64,000 nt of DNA from an uncultured delta proteobacterium (GCA_963771465.1 CAVYTU010000009.1:237743-301742), one strand, 5' to 3'. Positions 52,836 through 63,972 are shown, counted from the first letter of the stretch. Numbers and translations: made by a program. The notes: generated by a model from the sequence alone, not told the origin.

Positions 52836-54362
52836 TTATTCGACCGCGCCCTGCAAAAACCACCTTCGTCTCACCCGATCGTAGTAGAGCCAGAGGAGAT
52901 CGCCGCGGCGGGTTTCAGCGAAATAATATTCGCGCTGGATTTCTCTATTCCACCAGCCGCCGGCAAAAACATAGGGACCGTTGAGTTTGTCGATGTTGCC
53001 GTGCTTGGGGCCGAGGATCAGCCAGCCGTCTTCATGCGAATGGTAAGGACCGCCGGCGAGGCGTTCCGGTTTGGCCGCGACGCGGCGCACTAATACTTTG
53101 GGAGCTAGGTTGTTCAATTCGTTCAAGCCGTTCAAAACGTTTTGGGGAAGCTTGACGCGAGTCAACGGTTCCCACTTAAAGCGAGCTTCGGGTAGATGGC
53201 CGTCGGTGAGCTTGGCACAGACGACGGCGTCGTCGCCGAATTCGGCGCGCAGGCGGGCGAGCGCGCGGTTGGCGGCGTCGAGATCGCGCGTCGGCTTCTC
53301 GCTAAATAAACGAAGCTGCTCGCGCGTCGCCGCGCAGACGTCGGCGCGTAGTTCGATTTCGCTCACGCCGGCGGCAAGCTGGAGCGATTCTAAGCGCAGG
53401 CGAACTAGATCGAGAATCTGCGCCGCATCGAGCGTCGGCACGGCGGGACGAAGCGATTCTTTAAACCAGCCGCCGTGATCGATCAGCAAAGATAACCAGA
53501 GCGTGGTGAGCGCTTGATGGCGCCGCGCCAGAGTCGTTAGCAAGGGATGAAGCAATTGCTTGATCAGAAACAGCAGCCGCGTGGTGTCGTCGTCCGGCTC
53601 GTCGAGCAGATAGGTTTGCCGCGCCGGCTCTTCGGGCACGCTCGGTTCGAGCGGCGTCCAGAGATCGCCGGCGGCCATGCGATAGAGACGATGCGCCTCT
53701 TTGCCGAAGCGCTCGCGCAATCCTCCCGGCGGCAGCGCAAGCAACCCGCCGACGGTTTTGATGCCGAGCTTAAACAGTGCCTCGCGAAATTTGGGCTCGA
53801 TATTCAATCGATTGAGCGGCACGGCACGCGCCGTATTCTCTTCTTCAGCCGAGTCGCGAAAAATCGTAATCCCCTCTTTCGCTTTGGCGACGGCGTAGCT
53901 GCCGAAACGCGTGAAACCGACGGCGAGATTGAGCGCGAAGCCTTGGGCGCGCAAGTCTTTATCAATAGCGCCGGCCCACCTTCGCGGCGAAGCGTAAAGA
54001 TGTTGCAGCCCGGAGCCGTTGAGCCAGAAAACGCCGGCCTCCTGTGCCGATGGCTCCACTTCGGGAGTAAAGCACAGCAGGCGCTGAGTTAAATCGCCAA
54101 GCGCTTTTTTACTCTCATCCAGAGAAACTTCCCCGGCGCGCAAAGTGGACGCGAGTGAAAACGCTGCGGCGTAGCGCAAGCCGGGGAGCACACCGAGATC
54201 GCGGGCCGCTTCGTTGACCCAGAGGACTAACCCTTGCGGCTTATCTTCCGCCACCACCGCCGCCGGATAACCGGCCCAGTCGGGATGGCGCCGCAGCAGC
54301 AATTGCAGTGGAAAAGCCGGCAGATCAACACAAGCCAGCCGGCCCGGTGTAGAGCTCTTCAT
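52836..54362 (-). CDS. imuB: ImuB, Y-family polymerase-like mutasome subunit
   Basis: ACVDLPAFPLQ, VNEAAR..GV.PG, FTPEVE, LGIKTVG, LRERFG, GGWW...REYY, WFLQG; overlaps the imuA 3' end. Confidence 0.9.
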   Translation of the reverse strand: MKSSTPGRLACVDLPAFPLQLLLRRHPDWAGYPAAVVAEDKPQGLVLWVNEAARDLGVLPGLRYAAAFSLASTLRAGEVSLDESKKALGDLTQRLLCFTPEVEPSAQEAGVFWLNGSGLQHLYASPRRWAGAIDKDLRAQGFALNLAVGFTRFGSYAVAKAKEGITIFRDSAEEENTARAVPLNRLNIEPKFREALFKLGIKTVGGLLALPPGGLRERFGKEAHRLYRMAAGDLWTPLEPSVPEEPARQTYLLDEPDDDTTRLLFLIKQLLHPLLTTLARRHQALTTLWLSLLIDHGGWFKESLRPAVPTLDAAQILDLVRLRLESLQLAAGVSEIELRADVCAATREQLRLFSEKPTRDLDAANRALARLRAEFGDDAVVCAKLTDGHLPEARFKWEPLTRVKLPQNVLNGLNELNNLAPKVLVRRVAAKPERLAGGPYHSHEDGWLILGPKHGNIDKLNGPYVFAGGWWNREIQREYYFAETRRGDLLWLYYDRVRRRWFLQGAVE

Positions 54363-54923
54363 AATGCCAAGTGGGACCGCGCCGTTTGTCTTTGAGCACG
54401 CGCAACGCGCAGGCAAACCGGTTGTCTTCGAGCCGTTTTTTTTCGGCATGGGCGCGCAGCGACACCAGCGAGCCGAGCGAAAACGCCCCACGATCTTTTT
54501 CGGTGAGACAAATGAGCGCCGTGTGATGGCGATGGGCCAAACCGGTTAGGCGCGTCTGCAGCGGCATGGGAATATCGGCGGCGCCGAGATCGAGCACGAT
54601 CACGCCAAAGCCGCCGGAGCGCAAAAGTTTTTCGCCGGCGCGGGCGATGCTTGCAGCGTGAGTTAAACGAACCACGACCAATGCCGCCAAGTCCGCGCCG
54701 CCGCGCGCCGCGTCCGGCGGATAAAAAAAACTGTCCGCCAACGTCACCCAACCCACCGGCTCGCCGCGCTGCCTGCGCTTCAAGAATCAAAGTAAAAGTC
54801 AAGCGTCAACGCCGCCGAAGCCGCCGCTCCGGAAATCTCCACCATCCGTCCGGCGACTTCATCAAGCGTCCACGGCGTCGATGGAATAACGGGACGAAGT
54901 TTTTGCGCAGGAGATAAAAGCAT
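54325..54923 (-). CDS. imuA: ImuA/RecA-like mutasome accessory protein, frameshifted near 54790
   Basis: WTLDEVAGRMVEISG...SAALT then FFYPPDAARGG.DL..L.VVR, LLRSGGFG..VLDL, SLGSLVSLR; directly upstream of imuB. Confidence 0.8.
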
Positions 54924-55110
54924 GAATGGGAACTCCGGAAGGCGCTCTGGCACCAGAGCGAGAAAATGGACACGCGGGGAGATCAGCAACCGACAACAGC
55001 TTCAGGACAGGATGATTGAGCTACTGCCCGGCAAGGCATCATCGCGTTCGCAGGATGCAGAAACGAAGGAAAGAGGATCATGTATCTATCGGTCCAGGCG
55101 CGACGAGCGC

Positions 55111-55176
55111 ACACAATCTCTCCCCGCACGCTCAGCGTGCACATTGTTTTACGGTCCGCTGCAACTGTAGTGAAGC
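55111..55176 (-). repeat. Decayed attC, last of array A, just upstream of imuA
   Basis: Minus strand GCTTCAC TACAGTTGCAGCGGAC ... ATTGTGT. Confidence 0.45.
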
Positions 55177-55194
55177 GCTCCGTCGAGGTGCGAT

Positions 55195-55572
55195 TCAATC
55201 AAGAAACTTCCACGATGCTGCACCGTCGAGATGCCGGATCCGCACTCCGATAAGAGCGGAAGGCTCGAAGTTCACCGCGTTCACCGCAATAGTCGTGTTG
55301 CGGCGTTTCTTCCGATAAGCATAGTGTGTGACGCAGCCACATTTGTTGCATCGATAATAGGCGCGAATCTTCCGGTTCCATGAATATTTCGATAGGCCGC
55401 CCTTGGGAGCTTCAATTTTGACCGAACTCGCAGCGTAGTACGCCCAGAGCGCACCGTAGCGGCGGCAGATCGAACAATTGCAGCTCGTTAAAGTGCGCGA
55501 TAGCCGTCGAACGTAAATTCGAATCGCGCCACAGTGACACGTGGCCGTGAACGCTGCGTTGCGGTGATCCAT
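55195..55572 (-). CDS. GFA (CENP-V) family protein
   Basis: TCHCGAI, CNCSICRRYGALW, CNKCGC, LDGA.SW. Confidence 0.9.
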   Translation of the reverse strand: MDHRNAAFTATCHCGAIRIYVRRLSRTLTSCNCSICRRYGALWAYYAASSVKIEAPKGGLSKYSWNRKIRAYYRCNKCGCVTHYAYRKKRRNTTIAVNAVNFEPSALIGVRIRHLDGAASWKFLD

Positions 55573-55575
55573 AGC

Positions 55576-55599
55576 GTTTAACGTGTGAGCTGAGCGACC
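55576..55599 (-). repeat. Half attC (L'/R' only)
   Basis: Minus strand GGTCGCTCAGCTCACAC GTTAAAC joined directly to coding sequence. Confidence 0.6.
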
Positions 55600-55917
55600 A
55601 CCGGTTCGCGTTGAATGTTCCCTCAACAAGCACATACTTCTGGTCAAGCTCCGCCTTCCTCTTGTGCATGTCCTCACCGGCGTCAATCCACAATCCGTTC
55701 TTGTAGATGCTGTGCTTGTAATCGTCTTGGTGCAAGTAGATGCCGTCAACCTCAAACTCAAGCCTCATAAATCCAATCACTCGCACCACCTTCCCGTCGT
55801 AGTCCTTCGGGTTGGCAATGAGCCGAACGAGGGAGACATCGAGTGGCTCGGCAGCAACCAGCGGCTGTGCAAACCAGCAGATCAAGGATAACAAAAAAGA
55901 AGCGTGCGAGTTTTCAT
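55600..55917 (-). pseudogene. 3'-truncated exported hypothetical protein
   Basis: ATG 55917, frameshift in a T-run, VSLVRLIANPKDYDGKVVRVIG...KYVLVEGTF, then runs into the half attC. Confidence 0.65.
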
Positions 55918-55930
55918 AGCGCGTGAAGCG

Positions 55931-56039
55931 GCCTAACGACCGAATTAACCGGGCCCGCGCGAGCAGCATCCAAGTTTATGGCAAAGAGCAATCATGAAAA
56001 GAGAGCTATCGCGGGCTCCGGTTGAATGAGTTGTTAAGC
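55931..56039 (-). repeat. attC site (109 bp)
   Basis: gcctaac gaccgaattaaccgggcccgcg ... cgcgggctccggttgaatgagtt gttaagc. Confidence 0.9.
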
Positions 56040-56073
56040 CGCTAACCGAACTGTCCGAACATCGGACACGGCT

Positions 56074-57222
56074 TTAAGTTTTTGGCCCAATATTGCCCGG
56101 TCCAGTCTCTTCGTTTTGTGACACTGCCGGATCCGAGTTTGGACTGGTGGCGATCCAACCCATGAAGATTTGATACCCAAGCGCCAACAACGTCGCGCCG
56201 ACAAACATTCCTAAAATTCCGCCGCTCGCCATACCGCCCAATGCGCCGAGCAGGATCACCGGCATGGGTGCGTCGACGCCGCGACCCAGCATCAGCGGTT
56301 TCAAAACGTTGTCAGCCATGCCGGTCAGCAGCAGGATGATGGTATGTGTGATCGCCGCCGCGGTGCGGTAATCACCACTCGACCAGATGTAAATGATGGC
56401 TGGAACCGTGACGATTAGGGCTGGCACTTGGGCAATACCCAATACGAGCGCGATGGCCGACAACACGCCCGCCGCCGGTACGCCGGCGAGCAGCAGCGCC
56501 AACCCGATGAGGATTGCCTGAATGAAGGCGACGCCGATGACGCCTAGCGCGACGGCGCGGATGGTTGCCGTGGAGAGTTTGGCGAGGGCCTCGCCTCTCG
56601 CGGCGCCAGCGACACGAACGAAAATCGCCCGGCTGCCGCGCGCGCCTGATTCACCGTATGCCATCAGGATGCTGGCGACGAGGAATGAGACTAGAAACAG
56701 CAACAGGCCGCTGCCAATGCTTGCGACCATAGCAACTGCTTTCTGGGCCAATTCGCCGATCTTCGGTTGCATGCTCTGCACGAATCCGGGCAGGTCGGTA
56801 TGAGCTTTCGACCAGACATCGTGGATCTGCTTGCCAACTAGCGGCCATTTCTCAACGCCCTCTCGCGGGGCGGGTATTGCCAGCGTGTTTTGTTGCACAG
56901 CGCCGATAAAATGACGAACGGAGTCGGCAAACGAATTCATCAGCAACGCCATCGGAGTGATGATCAACAAAAGGCCGACGATCACCAGAATAGTCGAGGC
57001 GAGCCATTGCTTCCCGCCAACCTTGTGGGCGAGCCATTGGTGCAACGGATACAACGTGACCGCCAAGATGATTGACCAGACCATCAGCGTCAGAAATGGC
57101 GAAAAGACTTGGTAGCACAGCACCGCCAGCACGCCAATCAAACTGGCGCGAATCAACACATCCAGCAGAGAGGACGACGCTCGCTGTTCCAATTCGGAAT
57201 CTGCCTGTGGAAGGGGATTCAT
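56074..57222 (-). CDS. AI-2E family transporter
   Basis: WSIILAVTLYP, DNVLKPLMLGRGVDAPM, GMFVG. Confidence 0.9.
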   Translation of the reverse strand: MNPLPQADSELEQRASSSLLDVLIRASLIGVLAVLCYQVFSPFLTLMVWSIILAVTLYPLHQWLAHKVGGKQWLASTILVIVGLLLIITPMALLMNSFADSVRHFIGAVQQNTLAIPAPREGVEKWPLVGKQIHDVWSKAHTDLPGFVQSMQPKIGELAQKAVAMVASIGSGLLLFLVSFLVASILMAYGESGARGSRAIFVRVAGAARGEALAKLSTATIRAVALGVIGVAFIQAILIGLALLLAGVPAAGVLSAIALVLGIAQVPALIVTVPAIIYIWSSGDYRTAAAITHTIILLLTGMADNVLKPLMLGRGVDAPMPVILLGALGGMASGGILGMFVGATLLALGYQIFMGWIATSPNSDPAVSQNEETGPGNIGPKT

Positions 57223-57328
57223 TGGTTTTATCCTCTTGCGAGGTTGAAATCGGCCGCCCTCAGTGTACTACGTAAGAATGGCGAGTAAACAGTCGTATGA
57301 GTCATCGCCACCTGTTTTGCCTCAGGCG

Positions 57329-57385
57329 GCCTAACGGTGGAGTTCGGCGGTGAGCAAGTGAGTACGCTGTAATGACGGGTTCGTG
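57329..57385 (-). repeat. attC site (degenerate R'')
   Basis: gcctaac ggtggagttcggcg ... cgctgtaatgacgg gttcgtg. Confidence 0.65.
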
Positions 57386-57463
57386 CCGCGACGCAAGGCC
57401 GTCGCTGGAGTTCAGCCGAGAGCGAAGAAGGCCGTCAACGCTGGCGGCCCTATAGTAGGAATG

Positions 57464-58022
<559 letters not shown>

Positions 58023-58051
58023 TACGTAAGAGTACCTCTAATCATAGGGCA

Positions 58052-58124
58052 GCCTAACGACAGCGGTGAGCTGCTGGGAAAAAGCTAGCGCTTTTTCCTA
58101 GTCAGCTCCACTGCTTTGTTGGGC
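58052..58124 (-). repeat. attC site
   Basis: gcctaac gacagcggtgagctg ... cagctccactgcttt gttgggc. Confidence 0.92.
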
Positions 58125-58165
58125 GGCCGGCTCCTTTCGACCGAATGGCGTACACAGAGCTCTGT

Positions 58166-58726
58166 TCAAAAATCTGCGAGACGAGAGATCAACAATGAAA
58201 AGGTCCCGACGAGCAACAAGAGACCGGTCCCCAGCTCCCATATCACGAGCGTTCGCGCCTGTGCGGTTGCCGGCACGAAATCGCCGTATCCTAGCGTGGC
58301 GAGCGTTACCATACTGAAGTATACGGCATCGAGCCGACCAGCCAACGGCGGATTAGGCTTCGCTGGCTGGTGCGAAGTGGCATGTTGAACCACCAAAGTC
58401 GGACCTACATAAACAACCCCGCCCTGCTTGATATACATGTTTGCAAACCCACAAACTACGATGAAGAGAATAAATGAGATCTGAAGGAGGTTCCACACGC
58501 GATCTGGCACCTCGAACATGACTTTCTTTTTGGCCTGCGGGACGTGGTCGACGAACTTGCGAGCTTTTCCTGAACGCAGAGCGGCCTCAACCAAGATGGC
58601 GATCAGGTACAGGTTGGTCACGCCGACTAGGATGCCACTAAGTAAGGCTGGTCCACCAGCCCACAAAGCGATTCCGCTCAATACGGCACCGACGAGTCCG
58701 AGAATGAGATGGCAGATGGTTGGCAT
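58166..58726 (-). CDS. Potassium channel family (Ion_trans_2) protein
   Basis: DAVYFSMVTLATLGYGDFVP selectivity filter. Confidence 0.85.
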   Translation of the reverse strand: MPTICHLILGLVGAVLSGIALWAGGPALLSGILVGVTNLYLIAILVEAALRSGKARKFVDHVPQAKKKVMFEVPDRVWNLLQISFILFIVVCGFANMYIKQGGVVYVGPTLVVQHATSHQPAKPNPPLAGRLDAVYFSMVTLATLGYGDFVPATAQARTLVIWELGTGLLLLVGTFSLLISRLADF

Positions 58727-58756
58727 ATCTATGATCCGAGAGAGCGCTTTCAGTCT

Positions 58757-58814
58757 GCCTAACGCAAAGCTCAGCCGTCGCGATTAGCGATCGGACTGAA
58801 GCGATTAGTTAGGT
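58757..58814 (-). repeat. attC site
   Basis: gcctaac gcaaagctcagccg ... cggactgaagcgatta gttaggt. Confidence 0.9.
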
Positions 58815-58974
58815 TTCGGAAATTCACAGCGCCCTTTTACTCTCTTTTTTTTCCATGGTCGAACCCATCAAGTCGCAGGCCACATGGAATGTCACTACTC
58901 GGAGTTAAGTTATAGATCGTGTATCATCTGCTATTGATTGCTAAGGTTTCCAGCTGTGATTGTGCGCCAGGTTC

Positions 58975-60582
58975 CTATCGCAATTTATCGGAGATTCTTT
59001 TGATTACGTCTGGAGGCAAGGATGGTACTTCGAGCATCTCCGTCATTCGTGTGGTTTCGAACACAATCTTGCCATTATCACCGAAAGTGACGTCTCTATC
59101 GGGCCGGAGTCTGGTGGATAGAGCCCAGACGATCTGATTCGAATTCTGCAGATCGATGTCATCGCCCACGATGATGTTTACTCTAGCTTCCGCCATCGGC
59201 GTATGGGAAATGACCACCTCCGACTTCCCCGACACTAGCTTTACAAAGTCTGTCGTTACAACTTTGCTATATGCGACGCCGGAGTTTTTCGTCACGATGA
59301 TCATTTTCCCATTTGTTCCCTGAGGAGTTGAAGACGGATCTAGTTTTATGCAGAACACGTCGGAAATAATGTGCACGTTTTCCCCGTTCCGCGCTCCCGT
59401 GACCGACAGGTTGGCCAGAAATCTTTCCAGTTCCAGCTCGCAATCTCCTTCGTTGACCATGACTATTTTTGAAAGCAACGCATTTAAGGCCAAAAGCCCC
59501 AGTCCCGCCTGCTTTGCAATACCGGGTTCAGGATTAGGTAACGAGCAGAGTGTCAGAAAAGTCGCGGAAATCAGCGGCCATTCGATATTATATCTTGCGC
59601 CGGGCGGCAAGACCTCAGCCATCATCCTGCTGATCTTTGCGTTGCGTTGCGTCGTGAAGAGGCCGATATGTTCGTATGAATTGGACGGCTGGATGTCATA
59701 GTAGATCGGCTTCGCCCTCCTCAAGATCGTTTTTACTTTGGCGACACTGCCCGTTGTTCTCCCTGCCATGTACCCGGTGAATTCACCGCAGGGTCCCTCG
59801 TGATAATACTCGTTGGGGACAACCTCAGCTTCGATGACGATCTCCGCTTCGGAGGGAATAGGTACCTGGTTTGTCACTCCGTTTGTGAAGGTTGCACCAA
59901 TTAGTTTTGCCGCGATGGAATATTCATTCTCAATGAACGACGCGGCCAGCATATAAAATACCGGATGGGCGCCCACGACCACGGAAACTTGCAGCGAATC
60001 TCCCCTTTGGGTTGCGGATTGCACGTAGCGCCAGAAATGGCTTCTGCTTCCCATGTCAAAAGCGTACCTATCCCTCTCGATAATCTGAATTCGAGTGAAG
60101 CTCATGTTGATTGTTTCCGGAGATAGCGGATCTCTTGCGACGGCCAGACCAGCGGTGATGTATCGCCCGAACCCGGTGTGGGAGCCGTCGCCGGAATAGT
60201 GTTTAATAACAGGAAGAGTGTAGAGGTCGACATCCTTCCCTGCAAAAACTCGTTCTTTGATTGGCGGGCTCTCGTCGGATATTCGGATTTCAGCCTTTGA
60301 GTTCAAGGCCTCATTCCAGGTTTCGTAAAGTCGAGATTCGGAGTCCAATCCTAGGGCAAATGCCATCCTTGCCCTCGAGCCCATTATGTTGGTCACAAGT
60401 TGAAAATCCGGGTAGCCTTTGACCTTGGAAAACCAGATCACGGGATTCTTTTCTTCAAGAAGTTTGTAGTAAGCGGTCGATTCGTACTCAACGTCAACTT
60501 CATCATCCACGACGAATACGTCCTGCGGATGATACCGTCTGAACTGTTCCAGGAACTCACCGAGAGAAGATGTTCGGTTCAT
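58975..60582 (-). CDS. UbiD family (de)carboxylase
   Basis: RYITAG, IPSEAEIVIE, EGPCGEFTGY, LDPSS, WALSTR. Confidence 0.88.
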   Translation of the reverse strand: MNRTSSLGEFLEQFRRYHPQDVFVVDDEVDVEYESTAYYKLLEEKNPVIWFSKVKGYPDFQLVTNIMGSRARMAFALGLDSESRLYETWNEALNSKAEIRISDESPPIKERVFAGKDVDLYTLPVIKHYSGDGSHTGFGRYITAGLAVARDPLSPETINMSFTRIQIIERDRYAFDMGSRSHFWRYVQSATQRGDSLQVSVVVGAHPVFYMLAASFIENEYSIAAKLIGATFTNGVTNQVPIPSEAEIVIEAEVVPNEYYHEGPCGEFTGYMAGRTTGSVAKVKTILRRAKPIYYDIQPSNSYEHIGLFTTQRNAKISRMMAEVLPPGARYNIEWPLISATFLTLCSLPNPEPGIAKQAGLGLLALNALLSKIVMVNEGDCELELERFLANLSVTGARNGENVHIISDVFCIKLDPSSTPQGTNGKMIIVTKNSGVAYSKVVTTDFVKLVSGKSEVVISHTPMAEARVNIIVGDDIDLQNSNQIVWALSTRLRPDRDVTFGDNGKIVFETTRMTEMLEVPSLPPDVIKRISDKLR

Positions 60583-60586
60583 AATC

Positions 60587-62013
60587 GGCCGTGTCCGGAG
60601 TGTTGTGGAAAAAGAAAAGGCGTATTCTCTCGGTATCCAAAAACAGAAACTGGCTCATGGGGTGAGTCAGACCGAGGAGGAATACGCCTATGGGAGAAGG
60701 TATACAAAGATTGGGGGCGATGGAAGAGTTGTTCGGTCGAGATCGGTTGACCGAAGCGTTACGAGGAAAAGTACGAGAGATGATCATGGCATTGGCGGAA
60801 GCGGAACTGGCGGAGGTATTGGCAGCTGGGAGCTATGAGCGCAGCGAAGGTCGTCGGGGGTACCGAAACGGCAAGCGACAGAGATCGATTAGCACGGGGC
60901 TTGGAGCCACGGTGATTGAGTTACCGCGAGCGCGGATCAGCGCGGGAGAGCGGGACAAAGAATGGCGGAGCGGATTGATCGAGCGATATCAGCGTCGGGC
61001 GACGTCGGTGGATCGAGCGCTTTTGGGTTGTTATTTAAGCGGAGCGAACGGGCGACGGATCAGGGGGGCGCTTTCAACGCTTCTACGTGGCACGCCGTTA
61101 TCGAAGAGCGCGATCTCAAGGTTGGTGGGACGTCTCGAAGCATTGTTTACCCAGTGGCGCAGCCGATCGTTGGCGAGTGAGGCGGTGGTATTTCTATATC
61201 TGGATGCCATCGCGTTGCGGGTGAAGATCGCAAAGAAGGTAATCTCGGTGCCGGTGTTGGTGGGGTTGGGAGTCCAAGGGGATGGGCAGAAGGTGATCTT
61301 GGATTTAGAGCTTTTTCAAAGCGAGTCCAGTTCGTGCTGGGAAGGATTTATCGAGGGGCTTATCAGCCGCGGGCTCAAACCGCCGTGCTTAGTGATCATG
61401 GACGGGAACAAGGGGACTGAGGGGTGCGGTGGAGAAGAACTGGCCCGGCACAGCGGTGCAACGCTGCACCGTGCACAAGCTACGTAATCTGGAGCGCCAC
61501 GCCCCGCGTCATGCTTTGGAGGAAGTGAAGAGCGATTATCATCGGATCGTCTATGCCGACGTCGTTGGAGCAGGCCAAGAAAGGGTACCGCGATTTTGTC
61601 TCGAAGTGGAAAAAGCTTGCACCCAAGGTGGTGGTGAGTTTGGAAGAAGCGGGAGAAGAGTTGCTGACCTTTTACCGTTTTCCAAAGAGCCAGTGGAAAT
61701 CGCTTCGCACCACCAATGCCATCGAGCGGCTCAATGGGGAGTTTCGCCGCCGAGTGAAGACCCAGAGTTCTCTGCCCGATGCGCGCGCAGCAGAGCGTTT
61801 GCTGTTCGGGTTGATTTTCAGTGGTCAGATCCAGATGCGGCGCATCGATGGATGGAGCGATCTTAAACAAGTTTCACCGTTGAAAGCCGCGTAAAGGGGG
61901 AATGCTCAACCTTTGGCTGTTTAGAGATCGTTCGTTATAAGGCAATTGTGGAAGAAATATTTCAGGCCCCGATACCGAAGAATCGATTTTCCACCACAAC
62001 CAGGGACACAAGC
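60587..62013 (+). mobile_element. IS256 family insertion sequence
   Basis: Imperfect terminal inverted repeats GGCCGTGTCC..TGTGGAAAA / GCTTGTGTCC..GGTGGAAAA; 8-bp direct repeat TCATAATC at 60579-60586 and 62014-62021. Confidence 0.9.
60690..61894 (+). pseudogene. IS256 transposase, two frameshifts
   Basis: GYRNG, LSKSAISRL, YLDAI, DG.KG, QRCTVHKLRN, LRTTNAIERLNGEFRRR spread over three frames. Confidence 0.9.
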
Positions 62014-62178
62014 TCATAATCGTGTGACTTCATAAGCTGGAGGGCTGTTACTACTTGTTTTTTCATACGGCGAGGTTATGAGCGATTGTTCAGCGATTTG
62101 GCATCCGTCGCGCGAGAACGTGACGATGCACCACACGATAGTGCGAGTTCTTTGCATTGCTCATTGGCTCATGGGGCC

Positions 62179-62269
62179 ATCTAACGTAGAGCTAACCGGG
62201 CGCGGCCCACCAAACCCGAAAATGAAAAAGCGCCAAGTGGCTGCGCTCCGGTTGAGCGCAATGTTAGGC
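62179..62269 (-). repeat. attC site
   Basis: atctaac gtagagctaaccgggcgc ... gcgctccggttgagcgcaat gttaggc. Confidence 0.92.
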
Positions 62270-62333
62270 GGAATGCGCAGATTAAAAACCTGGCCCCATT
62301 GTAGCGGGCCGACGATGAACTAGGCACGTCGCC

Positions 62334-63211
62334 CTAAGCAAGGGGTTTCCACTTCGCCTGCGTCGGATCACCGCCCTTAGCAGAACCAGAGACTGGTGAT
62401 CTCCGTACCTCTTTCATCGGGCCAGACAGTGGACAACAGTTCACCAGCGTTTGATTTGGCCAGCGCCGAGGGATCCTTGATGCGCAGCGGAATGAGCCAG
62501 AGCTGTGCCATCTTGCTGGATTCCAGTATTGCTGCCTGCTCCTCCTTAGAACGCGCGTGCACACCTGCGCCGCTATTGCCGGTTGCGAAAACGCCCGTCT
62601 GGCCTTCGGCCAACACGCCCGGGCCGCCAGCTGATTCTCCCTGTACGCCGGGAAGTCCGCGGCCGAACACGCCGGGACCATTCGCGCCGTCGCCGCTGAC
62701 GCCGGTCTCGCCGCGTCCCAGTACGCCGGCTTTTTGCGCTGCTTCGAAAGCGAGATCGCGCGGCGTTGCCTGTTCATTCCGACCAACGCCATTCCGACCG
62801 ATGCCGAAGACGCCGGGAGACGGTCCAACGCCGCCGACGACAACGCTCCACCGGAATACCGACCACGCCTGCGACGACGGAGTTCTCCAGAATCCTATTG
62901 CGCGTCGTCGCATGAATGTAGCCCGACGACGCCATTGATCCCCTGCGCGATGATGCCATTGCCGGCCGGAATCGTCCCCATCGCACCCCCCGGTAGGTAA
63001 GGGAAGCGTGCCCTTGGCATGGATGGCATCAACACCGCGCCCCGGGGTGGATGTGAGCACCGCGTCATTTTCGATCGAGACACTCAGGACAAAATCGTCC
63101 GCGTAGCCGTTCGGAGCGCGCCGTAGCGACCAGGATGGTACGTTCTTCGCTCTTGTTCGTGCGACCGACAGTCATGTCTTCGCCAGCTTCATCAGCTCCA
63201 AGACTTCCCAT
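62334..63211 (-). CDS. Gly-rich GV-x-G repeat hypothetical protein, multiply frameshifted
   Basis: GGAGG RBS and ATG 63211 (MGSLGADEAGEDMTVGRTN); repeated GPGVFG/AGVLG units in ORF 62377..63060; tail DPTQAKWKPLA in another frame. Confidence 0.55.
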
Positions 63212-63317
63212 GGGACCTCCTCGGATCGTTCCATTGAGCAGTTGATGCAGACATGCAAATATCTGCTCAAAACAGGGGGCGTGACATAAAGCGGCGGGTC
63301 CGCCCGATAAACCCGCT

Positions 63318-63383
63318 GCCTAACGATCCGCTAACCGGCGCGCGCTGACTTTGCGCGCGTCCGTGTTGAGCGGGTGGTTAGAC
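63318..63383 (-). repeat. attC site
   Basis: gcctaac gatccgctaaccg gcgcgcg/gcgcgcg cgtgttgagcgggtg gttagac. Confidence 0.92.
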
Positions 63384-63658
63384 GTGACTTCGTTTCGCGC
63401 AAACGTCCGGAAACGTACTTATGCAGCACGCTCGCGATCAGAGTCTGATAAGGGACTCCTTCCTCATAAGCGCGAGCTTGAAGATCCATCAGGTCGGCTG
63501 CCGAAAGTCGGATATTCACACGCTTGTTCTTCACAAAGGTGGCACGCGCGGCCTCCCGGAATCCGGCAAGTTGGGCCTTTCGTCGGACGAGCCGATACCA
63601 GCACCCCTTTTTCGTACGCGCCAAGTATCTCCCGCTCAAATCGGTCAAGCTTCTTCAT
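63331..63658 (-). CDS. CopG/BrnA-like antitoxin (frameshifted; reads into the attC)
   Basis: MKKLDRFEREILGAYEKG in one frame; KNKRVNIRLS..DL..LQ.RA.EEGVPYQTLIASVLHKYV in another. Confidence 0.85.
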
Positions 63659-63943
63659 CGGTCTCTCCGGCTCCAAGATAATCTCGCGTCGCCTTCCGGC
63701 TTGGAATGATGGTCTTCAGAAAGTAATAGGTTTTCTCTTCGACCGAAGGAACGAGAAAAATATAGCTGCGATAAGCCACGACGAGCACAACCTGGCCCGG
63801 TATCGGCGCTGGTTCGGGTGAACGAGAACGTCCTGTAGGCCGTCTTCCTCAACCGCAGCAACGATTTCTTCAAAGGATATGCCACGCCCAGCCTTCAGCC
63901 GTTCATTCTTATCCGGATCCCACCGAAATGGCTTCAATGACAC
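63655..63943 (-). CDS. BrnT-like toxin (frameshifted)
   Basis: FRWDPDKNERLKAGRGISFEEIV...HPNQRRY. Confidence 0.85.
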
Positions 63944-63972
63944 ATCATATCAATATGTGTGCCTTTTGTCAT
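63944..63972 (-). promoter_or_regulatory. Sigma70-like promoter of the TA cassette
   Basis: ATGACA-N17-TATGAT on the minus strand immediately before the toxin start; overlapping inverted repeat ACACAT...ATGTGT. Confidence 0.55.

Noticed and set aside
54924-55110. SOS box upstream of imuA
   Set aside because: No LexA motif known to me is recognisable; only a GC hairpin (cgctctgg/ccagagcg). SOS control here remains an assumption.
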